Part shown: positions 38,890 to 53,264 of the stretch, piece by piece
How positions within the stretch are numbered: position 1 is the first letter of the stretch
Layout of the letters: the number at the start of each line of letters is the position of its first letter
NCBI GenBank assembly: GCA_050575255.1
Contig: JBNZDD010013711.1
Location: 6,574,491 to 6,638,490 of the forward strand
Reading direction: 5' to 3'
Source: Harriotta raleighana
Lineage: Eukaryota
Length of the DNA stretch: 64,000 nucleotides
The notes under the pieces: model-generated
What the model saw: only the letters and a program-made list of their open reading frames with translations
Told to the model about the DNA's origin: nothing
The model's database searches: none
Made by a program: the position numbers and the translations under genes

Positions 38890-41560
38890 GCAACATTACA
38901 TTTGAACAGCACCTTTCATGTTGGAAAGACATCCCAAGGCACGGGACATGAATGTTAAGGTATATTACCACTAACACATTAAAAACTTAATTAGCACAGA
39001 TTTAAAAAAATATATATGTGTGTGTATAACACAACGTCTGAGGGATAAAATATTTATAATATATAACAACAGCAACAAAATTTGTGGAATACCTTTCATG
39101 TTGGGAGGACGTCTCATGGCACTGAACATTCGGGGGTCAGGACCCAAGCATGGGAGAGGGGTAGGGACAGGGTTGGGTTGAGGGAGGGTAGAGAGGCAGG
39201 AGGGCGACTGACGGTACCATTGTAAATGAGGGTCTTGAGTCAGGCCTTGAAGGAGGCTAGGGAGCAAGGGAAAGGGACTGTGGGATGGAGTTCCAAAGTG
39301 TGGGGGAAGAACTGAAAGCCTGGCCACCGATGGTAGGGCGGGTGAAGTGGGAGATACAGAGGCAGGCTTGCTAAATGGAGGGAGCAGACAGGTTAATAGA
39401 GGGTCAGAGAGGTAGGAAGGGTTCAGGCCATGGAGGGCCTTGAAAATGAGGACAAGAATTTAGAATTTGATCCTCTGAGGGATGGGTAGCTAGTGGAGCC
39501 GGGCGAGGGTGGAGTTGATGGGACCACAGATCCTGGTGCGGGAGAGGACACGAGCTGTAAGATTTTGGATGATCTGCAATTTATGGAGGGAAGAATTGGG
39601 GCAGGTCGACAAGGAGGGAGTTTCCGTAGTATGATAATATTGCACAATCCATGTGTAGAGTCAATATGTTCTTATTAGTATGAGATTTATTCAGGAACAG
39701 TGCATTGCTGTCTTCCTTCAGGTGGTCTGCTTAGCAACAAGCAAAAGTGAACTAGAAAGACTTATATTCCATGTTGCTATCCAAATGTAATTTTGCTGTT
39801 GTTGCCATTTCTCTGTATGCAGTTAAGTCAGCTAAAATTACTCTTAATTTTAGAGTAAGAAATTTCTATTTGAGAAACATTCAAAGTAATTGAAAGCTTT
39901 GGATAGGAGTGTCTGTATTGTAATTACTATAGTAAATGTATCTAAAATGCTGGGTTAATCTTATGTTAAAGAGTTTTGTTGGAAACTAACTGAAGCAAAA
40001 TCTGTCGCAGATTAAGTGAGTTTCTACCCTTTTCACCAAAACCATTGGCGGGTGAACCATCAGCCATTCTGCCCCCACTCTCTGGAACTCCATTCCATAG
40101 TCTCCCTGTCCCATCCCTTGCCTGATTTAACACCCTTCTTAAGATTCTCCTCTTCAACCGTTCCTTCAGTCACCTGCCTTCCGCCCCCACTGCCCTCCAC
40201 CCTCTCCCCTCCCTCAACTCGGGTCTGAAGCAACGATTCTCCAGCATCTTGGGACGTTCTCCCGATGTGAAAGGTGCAATAGAACTGTAATTTTGTTTAC
40301 TTAAATCATTTTTATGAAATGTGATTAGAGAGGAGTGACCGATGAGAATATATTTTATCTCATACTGATCACATGATCATTAAATGAATAAGATGTCAAT
40401 TATGAAGTTTCAGCAACTATGTAACCTCAGGACTTTTGTTACAATTACTCAAATCCCATTATTTTTAAAAGAAAAAATGTAGGCTTTTATCCCCCTCTGG
40501 CTCCGCCTTAATATAGAACTTAGCTGGGGGAACAATCATTGTAAGTGGGAAGATGTAAGATTGCAATTTGTTTGGTGTGACGTTTGTGGAAACCCATACC
40601 TAAGAGTATCCAGATTGAGAGTTTCATCCATGCCACCTACACATGGAAACATGTATTTTGGAATGGAATGCACACACTCTTGGAGCGACATATCCTACAT
40701 ACCTAATTCTTACAACATTCTTGGAGAGTCTTACAACAACAACAAAAAAAATATATTTGTATAGCACCCTTCACATTGGAAGTATGTCCCTAGGCGTTGC
40801 ATAGAGAGTATTCCGGACCTAAGATGGGGTAGGGATTGGGGAGGGTGGAGGGTAGGGGGGCTGGCAGAGAGAAGTTGATCAAATGTACGGTCAAAGAAAA
40901 GGTCTTTGGGATGTTCTTGAAGGAGACGAGGGAATGGGCGAGGCAGAGGAACTGTGGGATGGAGTTCCAGGGGGCAGAATGGCTGAAGGCCCGCCCGCCA
41001 ATGGTGTGGTGGGCGAGGTGGGGAAGTGAAGCTGGTCAGTGCCCACTGAGCTGAGGGAGCAGACAGGTTGGTAGGGGATTAGGAGGTCCCATTGGCGGGG
41101 CGGGAAGTCGTGGAGGATTTTGAAGGTGAGGACCAGGATGTTGATAGGAAGCCAGTGGAGTCAGCAAAGTCCAGCAAAGGAGGATATGGTATGGTCACAT
41201 AGCTTAGTGTGGAGAGTACACGGGTTGCAGAGTTCTAGATGATCTGCTGCAATGGGGGGGAGGAGTTGTGGGTTCTGAGAAGCAAGCAATTTGCATATTC
41301 AAGCGTGGATGTTATGAATGTATGTATGAGAGTTTCGACGACTGTTGGTGTGAGACAGTGGTGGAGCCAGGCTATGTTGTGGAAGTGAGGGAAGGCAGAG
41401 CAAGGAGGTCATGGCACAGATGTGGAATACAAAGCATAGTTGAGGGTCGAACAAGGCGCCAAGTTTCGGACTAGCTTAGAACAGATGGAGTGTGCATCCA
41501 TGGATGGTGATGCTGTCAGCACCTGAGGTGCTGGAGGAGCCAATCAGGAGTGTCTTAGAT
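38890..41560. mobile_element. Cluster of L2 LINE fragments (minus 38890-39630, plus 40030-40300, minus 40735-41560)
   Basis: Repeated GGGATGGAGTTCCA / CTCTGGAACTCCA motifs and CAACAA...ATTTGTATAGCACC tails. Confidence 0.75.
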
Positions 41561-44529
41561 GCACATTGCAAGCGCCAAGGCTTGGGGTGCCCAGAATGTG
41601 TGTCAAGGTACTGCTCTGAGATGCTGCCCAGTGTGGAGAGCACTATATAAATCCAAGTTGTTGTTGTTTAATCAGCAAAAACTTCAGTGCTTGCCATTGA
41701 ATACACTGTCTGGCAAGCTTCCAAACATGTGCCCAACTAGGACCATCGACCTATTAGGAATTTGGCTTGTGGGGTTAAAGGGAGCTGACCAAATAATTCC
41801 TGCCCCCCAATCTACCCCTCCAAACCTTATTGATGATCCAGGCAGGTTGTTCTTTTGTCAGCAGTGCCCTGGAGTACTACCAACTGGATTGACTCAGGAA
41901 CCAGGCTCCTGAGACCGTCATAGAAGATTGACTCAATTCTGACATTTTATTCTCAAGGATGTCACCATGGAGTCAATTTTGCTAGAAGAAAGTAAGAAAG
42001 TCCACTTGCCATTCTTACCTCAATTGCCTGCTTGCCATTGGGCTTTTATCAGAATCTGTGCTCTAGCTGTGCATTGAGTCTGGTGTCTTAGAAAACCACA
42101 TCCTTAAGTTTTAAGACATTTATAAAACACTTGGCCACGACACTGAATATAGCAGACTAAAGCTAGACTTTATGTCAACATTTCAATAAAGAATAAACTA
42201 CTGAAGGTTAAAAACAGTTCAGTCTTCACTGAACAAAGGAACATATTAGACAGATTAAACTAAGTTGTCAGTCCTTTGGGGAATAAATGTTTCCGCCTCC
42301 TTTCTCTTGGTTGTCAGCATTTAGCATTTCCATCTGTTTATCTTTACTTGTCTTTTTTTTCCCCATTTTAAAATTTCCCTTTTTTTAAGGTAAATTAGCT
42401 CTCAGTCTGCTGGCCCCTGGTAATTCAGCTGTCGAGAGGGAGAGCAGTCAGGCTGCTCGTGGACTGGTGCCATTGCCCTTTATAGGCTCCCAGATGAACT
42501 GTCCAGATGTGACGCTTATTCTCTGAATTTGCTTGCCTGCTGCTTCCTTGCCATCTCCACACTCAGGATGGTTAATATTGGGAAGCAGTGCAGGAATCAA
42601 ATCTCAAACAGAGCTCTGCGTATTAATGCTCTGTCGCTCATTGCCTTTTTCTACCTTTTTTGATCATCCTTCTGTTCTGTCATTTGGCCCTCGTGTGATC
42701 TGGTTTCAACATCACCAATAAAACTGATGTGTCTGGCTCAAACTCAAAGACCTGCACTTGTCTTTTGACGTGCGTGTTGAGTTTACTTGGGTGGAGCAGC
42801 TTGTTTAATGTTTTCTTGGAGACATGAGAAAACATTGGGGAAGGCAGCATGAGTCGGGTATTGTGGAGTCCTCTTTGTACGATCGCCTTTTTCAGCTCTT
42901 TATTTTTAGTGGAATGGAATAGTGTAAAGTGTTGATGATGTCGATTTACGTCACAAGGAATCACTGAAAGTTCAGGTCACAGTTTCTCTTTATCCCCAAG
43001 AACACCCATTAAATGTATGTACTGTAGTTTGTTCTGTCACAATTTCAGTGAAGCCCAACCTTACTTATATAATTTAATTCTTTCTTAAAGTCCAATATGT
43101 TTTAATATTAAGTGCTTGGTTAGGTGGGATTTAACTTGATGAGCTAGAAGCCAGAGGTGTTCAGATGCATTCTGATAACCTTGTGATCAACTCTCATATT
43201 TATATATTTTTTAATGATAGGAATCTCAATTGTGAACTAAGTGCTGTCACTTAGGACTTAAGTAAGAGATGCGTATTATAATTATAATAATCCTTTAGAT
43301 AAAGAGCATGAGCTGCCACTAACAGTGAATGTTGGGGATGTATTTTTCCCTTTCCTTCTATGATTGCTTCTGACCCAATTTGTTTTAAAATTTATGGTCT
43401 TGAAAAGCTGAGAATAAATTGTCGATGCTGAATGTTTTTTTTAAAAAAGCGTTTAGCTATAATAATAAAAACTATGGAACTTGTTCAGTCACAAATAAAT
43501 TATTATTTTTTAAAAATCACCATCTTGTCTGTTTCACCCTTTTCCCCACTCTTCCTTTCTTACTACTTTTCTCCTCTCCTCATGTTTCTCCTTTACCCTC
43601 TTGACCCATGAAATGGTGGAGAGGAATGTACCTCAGGCGATTTACCAACAATTCTATTCCTAGCAGTGTAGGTGTGTGCAAGTGCAGTTTGGAGATTGGT
43701 GACCAATGTTTGGCTCACACTAAAGAGCCAAGACCAGAAACAAAGGCTTTGTTAAGCTTGCTCCTTCTGTTTCACAGGTGCAGTATCCTATAGATTCAAT
43801 ATATTTTAAAAATTGCAAAATAAAACACCAGAATATTAATCCCATATTTCCATCTCTCATGTTTGCAGTGTTGAACCTTGACATAAGTCAGCATTTAGAG
43901 ACTTTCTCTGAGGTAGCATCTTTAAATTGATATTTATTAGGTAGACAAATAAAAAGAACAGCATAAAAAGCTATGATTGATTGAAAATGTTTGTAATTGT
44001 TACTCTTGTCAGATAATATATACCTATATATATATATATATATCCACTCCATCCGCTTTCCAATAATAAAATCATAAGATTTCCATCATGTCAATCATGT
44101 TAAGGAGGGGCAGAGGAGGGAAATACTCTTATTCATGTTCCAGTGACCATTTCTTCTAAGCCTAATATTTAATTGATTATCTATGCTGCTGAAGCAAGGC
44201 ACAGAATACTGGAAAGAATCTTGTTACTTCAGCTTCTCTTAAGTTTAAATTGGGTGATTCCAGGTCAACATTTTCTAGATTTCTGTGTTCCATTTTGACT
44301 TCTGAGAGAGAATTTTTCTTTTGATGTACATATAAGAACAGTCTGGAGTCTGGTCTATGGTTGCTGGCAATACCAACACATCAACTAAACACTTCTGTGT
44401 TCGAGGATGAGATCCAAAGACCCAGGAATGTACAAGACCGGAAAAGAACATTAAGCTTGTCTGGCTGATCTCATTATTTACTATTTCTCATACCTCTTCC
44501 TTCCTCTGCACCCATACACGCCCATATAA

Positions 44530-46130
44530 TTTCAATCATCTGTCTTGACGTATCAGCCCAGTTCAGTTGGTTGCACAGCTGCCTTGGAGTCAGGCTGACA
44601 AACCAATGCTGTGCGAGAAAAGGGTGCCATTCAGAGGTGCTGTCCTTTGGATGGAATTTTGAACCAAAGTACATTCAGATGAGTGCCAGAGATCATCAAT
44701 AATAATAATAATCCTGGTATGTAGCACCTTATCATGGTTCAAAGTGCTTCACCGAGCTTACTATGGTGACTATTTGTATGGGAAAGCAGCACACAGCCAT
44801 GTCTTACAAATAAACCATAAGATGAATGACCTAATTTTTATCTGAGGAATTATTGATCAAGACACAAGGAGAAAATCCCCTCTCTTTGAATATTGCCATG
44901 GGATTTTTAAACACCACAGACAGGTAGAACCTCAGTTTAGTGTCTCACCTGAAATGTGGCTCCTCAGTTAGTGGAGCACTTCCAGCATTGCATTGGAGTG
45001 CCAGTCTAAACCGTTAGCTCAATCCTTTAAAGCAAAACTCTCACCGTCCTTTCTGAGCTTCAGAATGTGCTGTTTATTGTGAGCTTCTCGAATTGACAAA
45101 TTATTGGTCAATAAACCTTTAATAGATTATTTTAACCCTTGGCCCTCTCCTTTTCAACATCTATATGTTCCTCCTTGCTGACATCATCTGCAGAAATGAG
45201 GTCAACTTCTATATGTAGACAGATGACACCCAACTCTATCTTTCTGGCTCCACCCTTGATTCCAGGACCACTGCTGTACTGGCAGACTGACCGTCAGACA
45301 TCAAGTCCTGCATGGGTGCTAACTTTCTATAGTTGAATGTCAAGAAGACTGAGGCCCTCCTGATTGCCTTGTGCTCGTGCCTTCACACCTCAGGCACTGG
45401 CAGCATCAACCTCCACGGATGCACACTCCACCAAGCCAATCAGGAACCTAGGTGTCTTGTTTGATTCTCAAATGTCTTTTCTCCCCCACATCCATGCCAT
45501 GACTCACTGCCTTCCCTCACGTCCGCAACATTTCCCGACTCCGCCACTACCTCACCTCATAGGCTGCTGAAACTCTCATTCATGCCTTCATCACGTCCAG
45601 GCTCCCTGCTTGTTGGCCTCCCCAACTCCTCCCTCCACAAGCTGCAGATCATCCAGAGCTCTGCAGCTAGTGTCCTCTCCTGCACTGGCTCCATGAACCC
45701 ATCACTCTCACCCTTGCCCAACACCACTGGCTTCTCCTTACTCAGAGGATTCTATTCAAGATCCTGGTCCTCACCTTTAAAGCCCTCCGTGGCCTTGCTC
45801 CACCCTACCTCTGGGACCTCCTAATCCCCTACCAACCTTTCTGCTCCCTTCAAATGCAAGGCGGATAAATTCAGCAGCCAGTTTGTGTACAGCAAAATCC
45901 TCAAAACACCAATGCAGTAAAAGGCTAATTTATCTGAAAGACAATAAAGAAAACTCACTTGTTTTTTCAAATTGTTTCATGGGATTTTTAATATCCACAT
46001 GAATAGGTGGATAGGACATCAGTTTAATATCTCAAAAGTGGCATCTTGACAAAACAGTGCTCCCCAGTATTGTACTGGATTGCATTATTATATTCTCTGC
46101 ATTAATGGAAATGCCCAGCAGGAGACAGAA
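44530..46130. mobile_element. Old Deu-domain SINE fragments (44530-44690 +, 44790-45030 -, 45870-46130 -) around an L2 fragment (45135-45850 +)
   Basis: GAGGTGCTGTCCTTTGGATG and TGCCATGGGATTTTT..CAGTTTA.TGTCTCA Deu-like motifs; L2 YVDRxHPTL/LHKLQIIQ remnants. Confidence 0.6.
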
Positions 46131-46788
46131 TTGTGCAACTTTTCTGTGTGATAAGCCAGTTGGGTTTTTAGAAATTGGATCAATGTTTCTTACTGGGAGG
46201 TATAATAAAAATATTAGACAAATTTGTTTAATGTCAGTTTGGACCATCTCTCCTGGGAAAAATTAAACAAAATATTGGTCTCCTCCCACGAAGCTGCATA
46301 TCAGTTTCAGAATATATTTTGTTATTGAGAAAATTATTTGAAGTGAAAGTCTAAATTCCATTTACCTTACCCAACAATTTACATTTACTCTAGATTGTTG
46401 ATCTCATTGTAAGTTAAAGGGAAAAATTATTTATTCACTGTGTTTGTAATCTGAATTTCACTGCGTGGTTACAGTTAGAGCTGAAAATCAAATAACTTCA
46501 AGAAACATGTCTGGTGTGTTTCAGATATATTCAAATAGTTGCAGTTATGTTTTTCTTCATCCTGTTTTATTGATGTACAGAGTGCATTCCAGTTGTCCGG
46601 TGCATTCCAGTTTGTGCATTTTTTGTGCAGGTGGGTATTTTGTTTGGGAGCTTATTGGTGAACGACTCAGGTACTTTGGAAGGATTTTTTCAATATTTCT
46701 GTAACGTTTTGTGTGCAAGCTCTGTAAACAATACTGAAACTAATACCATAATGGTGCAAAATTAGATATTTGTCAACAGAACAATGTA

Positions 46789-47473
46789 CAGGCAGTCCTC
46801 AAGTTACGTCAGGGTTAGGTTCCTAAGATGTGGTGTAAGTCGAATTTGTATGTAAGTCGAGTCACCCCCCCTATAATGCTTACAGTAACATACAGTGATT
46901 GGTTGTAGTGTATAGTGGGCTGCCCTCTCTCCCCTGCACCCCTCCTAATATGTACAGTACTGTAAATAAAATAAAATATCACTATGTACTTACATGGCTT
47001 CATTGTGAGTCTGGCAAGCGATGTAGCGCAATACAGGAGATCACACGCGACGTAGCTCAACACAGGAGATCACACGCGACGTAGCGCAATGCAGGAGATC
47101 ACACGCGACGTAGCGCAACACAGGAGATCACACGCGACGTAGCGCAACGCAGGAGATCACACGCGACGTAGCGCACCGTCTAAAGGCTCGAGAGTACTGT
47201 ACCGCCGAGCTCACACAGACTCACACAGTACCTGTACAGTACACACTCGCGTCTCGCCTCCATCCTGTTCCTGTCCTGAACGCGTATCGTGGTCCCGTAA
47301 GTGTTGAGAGCGGCGACTCCAGTTTTCTATCGCGCGTGGGGCAACTAAAGTATTTACATAGTAGTGTCGTAACTTCGAGACTTTGGATGTAACTCGGACA
47401 TAATTTTACTGATATTAAGCGTCGTAACTTCGAATTGTCGTACCTCGGAACGTCGTAACTAGAGGACTGCCTG
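46789..47473. mobile_element. Tigger-like MITE, family C, with an internal 29-bp tandem repeat
   Basis: TA|CAGGCAGTCCTCAAGTTACG...CGTAACTAGAGGACTGCCTG|TA. Confidence 0.9.
47023..47175 (+). repeat. 29-bp tandem repeat, ~5.3 copies
   Basis: GTAGCGCAAYRCAGGAGATCACACGCGAC. Confidence 0.95.
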
Positions 47474-47597
47474 TATTATCAAAACTATCAAGAAATGTTT
47501 CCATTTATTACTTTAGAGTGGCCTTTGGTGTGAAGCCTTCCTGACTTCAGCACAGTGCACGAAGACTTCACTGCTGACGTTATTGTTAATCATAGTA

Positions 47598-47706
47598 CAG
47601 TAAAAGCCCGTTTATACGTGACACAAAAAATTGTGTTGGGTTTTCGGTGTCGGATCCGACCGTTTAACCGGCAAGCCGTTTAACCAGCACTGGCCAAGTT
47701 TTACTG
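47598..47706. mobile_element. Minimal family-A MITE (109 bp)
   Basis: TA|CAGTAAAAGCCCGTTTAT...AAGTTTTACTG|TA. Confidence 0.75.
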
Positions 47707-49516
47707 TATATCAATGGCAATTCATGATACTCAGCCAGCCCTGAGAGTAACACGAAAGCTGTGTGGTACAGAGTCAGCATCAATAGTCGTGGCTGCTCAC
47801 AGGAAATTAAGGTGCAGTGATTACTCTCTTGGAACTATCATCAGGTTCAACCATTTTGCCAAAATCGTTTGGGTTAAGTGAGGGATCATATCCATTTTCT
47901 CCATGGACAATATAAGTGTAAATTATAACAAGATATGACCCAGAACAAAACTTGTTTGACTTTTAACTTGTTATATAAGATTCTTAATGTGGATCATATC
48001 ATTACTATTTATCTCTTTATTGGTGCATGTTTCCTCAGATTCTGGTCATTCCTTTCACAAAATCAGGCTACTGCAATCCACCACCCTACTCCAATTTTTG
48101 ACTGAGCTTTTAGCTGACTCTAAAACCCCTTTCCAAAATCCATCTTTGCTTNCACTATGAACCTGACTCTAAAACCCCTTTCCAAAATCCATCTTTGCTT
48201 ACAAACTTTCTAAAAAATCTACCTATTTGATTATAGCATTGATCAGCTCCCTCTAGACTCTTCCCCTTTGCTCAGCTTTCCACTCTGTCTCTATAAAGTG
48301 CTTTGAAAATTTTTCCTGTATGAAAGATGCAATATAAGTGCAAATGGTTGAATGTAGAAACAAGGTGATTTTTCTTTGGAGGTGTCCAAAACAATCCTGT
48401 TTATATTCATTGAGTATATTTTGACACTCATTGTCAGCATCAAGTATTTGTAGGGCAGACATATTGTGGTCACTTGTAAGAAAAAACTCCCAATTCTCTG
48501 TTCTAACAATGTAGAACTACGTCTATCACTTCCTAAGTGTGAAGTTTTCAAAAATTTGCAAATTCAGTGAAAGTATGTGGTGAATTGTAGACGTAATTCT
48601 GCTTTGAAATGGCCATTGACCATTTCTAAACCTATTTTATTGAGGACCTCTTGAAGAGGGAGCGAGTTTCATCTCATCAATCTGGGTTGCAATCAATCCA
48701 AGTTGAAGAGGTGTGTCAAGTCTTGATGGACGAAATTCCTATAGAGCAGATAAATGGTGTCACTGAGAGCTGAGTCAATCTCTGTGTCAAATAAATTAAA
48801 GTGTTGTTGGCACGTCAGCAGATTTTATTATCCTTCTCTGTCCATTTTTAGAGTGTTTGGAAGGTTAGAATAACTTTGTTAATGAATGCTTAGGTACTTA
48901 GGCAAAAGGGTCATCCTCTCTTACTGATCATAGCCAAGGGCCAAAACAAGCAGTATCCAGCGGCCTGAGTGCTGCTTTTACACAATAACATGTATTGTGG
49001 GAACCAAGTTAAGTTTGAGAAGCAATGAAAGAATATGCCAAACTCCAGAAAATGTAGTTTGTTGCTTTAGTAACCGCAAAACAACTAACTAAATCAGTTC
49101 ACATCACTGGATAAATTGTTTCTTTAGTCTGCTGCTGTTGGAGTCCACACAAGTATTCAGTTTCATCAACTGAGATTGGAAAAAATCCTCTTATAAAATC
49201 CCAATATTACAGTACAGTATATGCACAAGCAGAAACCTTGTAGAACATACTATACCCGGGGCCACTGCATTATATTACACATCGGTCTGTTGCTGACACA
49301 CCTTTACTGTGCTATGCTTCTGCTTTTTGCTGTAGGGTTTTAATTTTTTAACATTTTCTTCTGAGTCTGAATACCAATTGTAAACTGCCATCATTCTACA
49401 TAGCTAACATGAGGTGCTAAAACAATGGCTACTAAAAGTTTTGTTTTGGTGTGTTTTAACTTATTCTGAGATGAGTTTAGAATGATTAATGATACTGCAT
49501 TGGTTTCAATGTTAGT

Positions 49517-50133
49517 GGAGTCCTGCAGCTCAGTGTTTGGAGCAATCACATTGCAAGCGAGAGACCAGCGTTTGATTCCAGACAGCGCAAAACCTTGGGC
49601 CAGTTTACTTACTCTACACACTCGACAATAAACCCTTGAAAAAAAAATAATAAATGGATCATTTTGAATCCATGATTGGTTGTGGGACTGCTGTGTGCAA
49701 TTGCCTGTCGTATTTCACCCACAAATATACAGTCAATCCGCTTTACAACATATTCTGTGAAGCACTTTGAGACAACAACAACAAAATTGCACTTGCATAA
49801 TGCCTTTCACGTCAGGAGGTCGTCCCAAGGTGCTGCGCAGTCATCATTTCAGCCCCGAGCTGGGGACAGGAAAGGTGGAGAGAAAGGGGAGACATTTAGA
49901 GTGACCAATGGGACTGTCGAAGAGGAGGGGGCAAGGCAGAGGGACTGCAGGATGGAGTTCCAGAGGTTGGGGGCAGAGTGGTTAAAGGTCCTCCCGCCAA
50001 TGGTGGGGTGGTTGGGTCGGTGGACATGGAGCAGGCAAAAGCTTGCTAAGCAGAGGGGTTGGGCAGATTGGTACGAGGTTAGAGACATGTAGAAGATGTG
50101 AAAAGTGCTTTATCAAATGCAAAATATTATTAT
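49517..50133 (+). mobile_element. tRNA-derived SINE interrupted by an antisense L2 3' end (~49775-50081)
   Basis: GGAGTCCTGCAGCTCAGT head; SINE tail resumes at 50082; GAGACA duplicated on both sides of the insert. Confidence 0.8.
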
Positions 50134-50839
50134 CATCAGTTAGTAGTCCAGAAATTCAAACCAGGAGCTTAAAAAACCTTGAGTCAGAGCAGAATGTCAT
50201 CAAAAATATTTTTTGGGGTTTCAAAAAAGGAATTACTTATTGGAATGAAAACGTTGGTGGCTATGCCATCAGCTGTTATGCCCTTAACCTCTAGAACTCC
50301 TTTCCTCTTATGTTTCAATATCTTCCCCTGTCCTCCATATCTATAAATACTGCCAAAAACCTATCTCTTCAACTAATTGTTCACACTTATTGTCATGTTC
50401 TTTCTCTCCTAACACTCTTGCTTAGCATCTGACCATTAGTGTGAAGTGCTTGGAGATGTTTCCTGGCTTCCTATTTGCAGAAATGATTGGCTTCAAGATC
50501 CTTACAGTGGTGTACAATCACTTCATAACCTAGCACTGTCCTACCTCTCCAACCTGCTTACAACCCACTCATTTACTCACCTTAGCTTAGTTCAGCCGGC
50601 TCTGTCCTTCTGCTTATCCCTTATGCCCTCTGCTCCGCTGAGTGTTTTCAGCCATTACACCCAGAAACTGGAACTTTTTGCATGAATCCCCTCCTTGCTA
50701 TTCTTCAGATCGCACCTAAAGATCTTACTCTTCAATCTTTTCTACAATTACTTTACCTCTCTCCCTGACTCGATTTCAGGTGTTGATCCTATGTGAAGGC
50801 ACTATGTACGTACAAACTGATGTTGTTTGCAACAACAGA

Positions 50840-50983
50840 TAGATTTCTTGTGGATAAAGGGATTAAGGGATATGGGGATAAGGTGGAGTTAGAATAGATC
50901 AGTCATGATCTTATTGAATGGTGGGGCAGACTTAAGGGGCCGAATGGCCTACTCCTGCTCCTAATTCTTATGTTCTTATGTTC
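50840..50983 (+). mobile_element. CR1 3' tail
   Basis: GGGGCCGAATGGCCTACTCCTGCTCCTAATTCTTATGTTCTTATGTTCT. Confidence 0.85.
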
Positions 50984-52363
50984 TAACTACTAGATGTGTT
51001 TTACATTTTAATCCCAGTTACTCAAAGCATGATAATCTGTGACAATTGTTGCAGTATTTCTTTTAAGGATTGTTTCTTTCTACATAACACAGTTTGATCA
51101 TAGTGATGATAAAATGGTGAAAAGTTAAAGATGTTAACATCACTAATGGATCGTGACTCCCAGTGAATACTTGACTGCCCACTGTAGGCATTTTTTGTTG
51201 AATATTGAGAGGCGTAAACAGTGCAACTGGAAGTAACTTTCAACAAGAGCTGACGTTTCACAAACCATACACTGGTTCTTGCCAGCGGCTGTAGTGGTGG
51301 GGGAGGTGTTACAGTGGGATTTCCTGTACTTGAATTTTATATGGCAGCTTATAATGTCTCAAAGGTCTTCACACAGCAACATATTTTATAGTGAATTTAT
51401 TGTAGTGTTGAAACAACCTTTTAACACATGTGGAAACCCATCACCTTGCTTATGAGTATCCAAACTAAGATGAGATTTCCATGCATCCCATCAACATATG
51501 GAAATCCCACAAATAAATTGTTGGAATGGAATGTGATCTGTCGCCCACGAGTGACGCAACCTGCTAACCTAATTCCGATATGTATTGGGCGCAGCTTGGC
51601 AAGAGAACCTGGAGTGTGCTTTAGGACACTGCTGGAGTTTTACCAACGAAAACTACATAGCTTGCCATTGATAGCACTGTCTGTCATGCTTTCCCACTGC
51701 TTGTCCAGCTAGGATTATTCTAATTCTTAAGGCTTTGGTTGCAGGGTTGACAAGAACTGAGTGCGTTGATTCCCTGTCCCCAGTTACTGATCTGCTCTTC
51801 CAAGTCCTGCCAATGAGCCAGACTGGCAGTACTGTAATCAGTTCTGCCCTGGAATACTGCAGACCCACCTGGCTCAAGATCACCAGAGAGCTGACTCAAA
51901 TCCCACATTTAATTGCCAAACATGTCACCTTAGAACAAGTTCAGGTCCAAGCAGATCCCACTTACTCTCCCCCTTCCTGCCCCTCCCCTAAGAAGATTCA
52001 CTATTTTTTTGTATATTTAACAGTCGTGGGTTTCAGCTCTCACTGGGTGGATGTTAGGTCCCAGGAATTCCCTGCAAGTATCCCTGTGGTCTACATAGCT
52101 CAACATGAAATGTTTCAGAGCATTGCCACCATCTTCCTGTCTAGCTTGGGCACATGTTTGTTTGTTGTCAGCCGGGTACGTAATACACGCAGAAACCCAT
52201 CACCTTGTTTAAGACAAGCCAAATGAGACTGAGATTTCCATATTTTCATGTCGCCTATGCATAGAAATTTCCCTGTGTCTGGAATGGAGTGTACATTCTT
52301 TCCACGAAGGAGTAGATCTTGCTTTCTTAATTACATAAAGCATTAGGCACAGGTTTGCAAATA

Positions 52364-53264
52364 CATAAAACCTTGTTTATCCGTGACTCGATGAACTGGA
52401 AAACCCGTTCAACCACCACCTCAAAAAAAAAGTCCCGATTCGATTAACCGTAAGTTATCTGGCAAATAGTGATGATGCGTTTAATGAATGGACTATTGCA
52501 AGCGAGTGCAGTACTCGCGAGTGCAGTACTCGCGAATGCAGTACTCATGGTTGGTCACTAGGCGTGTCTAAACTGGTGAGACGCTCAGAGCCCTAGGCAG
52601 CAGCCATTTTTACAGGTGAGACACACAGAGAGGGACACCCACACACAGATAAAGAAACAGACCACAGATAGAGAGACACACACAGATACAGAGAGGGAGG
52701 GAGACACACAGAGATAGAGATACACACAGACCCATAGACAGAGAGAAAGAGGGGGAGAGAGAGAGACACACAGACAGACTCACACACANAGATACAGAGA
52801 GGGTGGGAGACACACAGAGATAGAGATNNNNNNNNNNNNNNNNNNNNNNNNNNNNNNNNNNNNNNNNNNNNNNNNNNNNNNNNNNNNNNNNNNNNNNNNN
52901 NNNNNNNNNNNNNNNNNNNNNNNNNNNNNNNNNNNNNNNNNNNNNNNNNNNNNNNNNNNNNNNNNNNNNNNNNNTTACCTTGGTCGTTTGTATTTGTTAA
53001 TGGAAACACGCATAGTGATGCTTATCTAAGCTATTAAAACTCAGAAGTTGCTACTTTAGTCGATTTGATGGCTGCGATTGCAAAGTTAAGTATAAATAAA
53101 GTACTAATACAATATTCTGCTGTTATTTAGACTATTATTAATATGGTATGTGTTAAAAAAAAATGTTTTAAATAAAATATTATTTTTAAAATCCGTTCAA
53201 CCGGAAAAATGTTTAACCGCCATTGGCCAGGTCCCGTGGGTGCTGGATAAACAAGGTTTTACTG
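52364..53264. mobile_element. Family-A MITE spanning a (CA/GA) microsatellite and an assembly gap (N 52828-52974)
   Basis: CATAAAACCTTGTTTATCCG...GGATAAACAAGGTTTTACTG|TA. Confidence 0.8.

Noticed and set aside
47023-47175. CRISPR-like 29-bp repeats
   Set aside because: Head-to-tail with no unique spacers, inside a eukaryotic MITE
48113-48200. Direct duplication CTGACTCTAAAACCCCTTTCCAAAATCCATCTTTGCTT
   Set aside because: The junction contains an N; likely an assembly artefact
51735-52226. 163-aa ORF in SUGCT intron 1, plus the other 60-150 aa ORFs in the track
   Set aside because: No recognisable domain; often non-ATG starts; overlap decayed repeats or microsatellites
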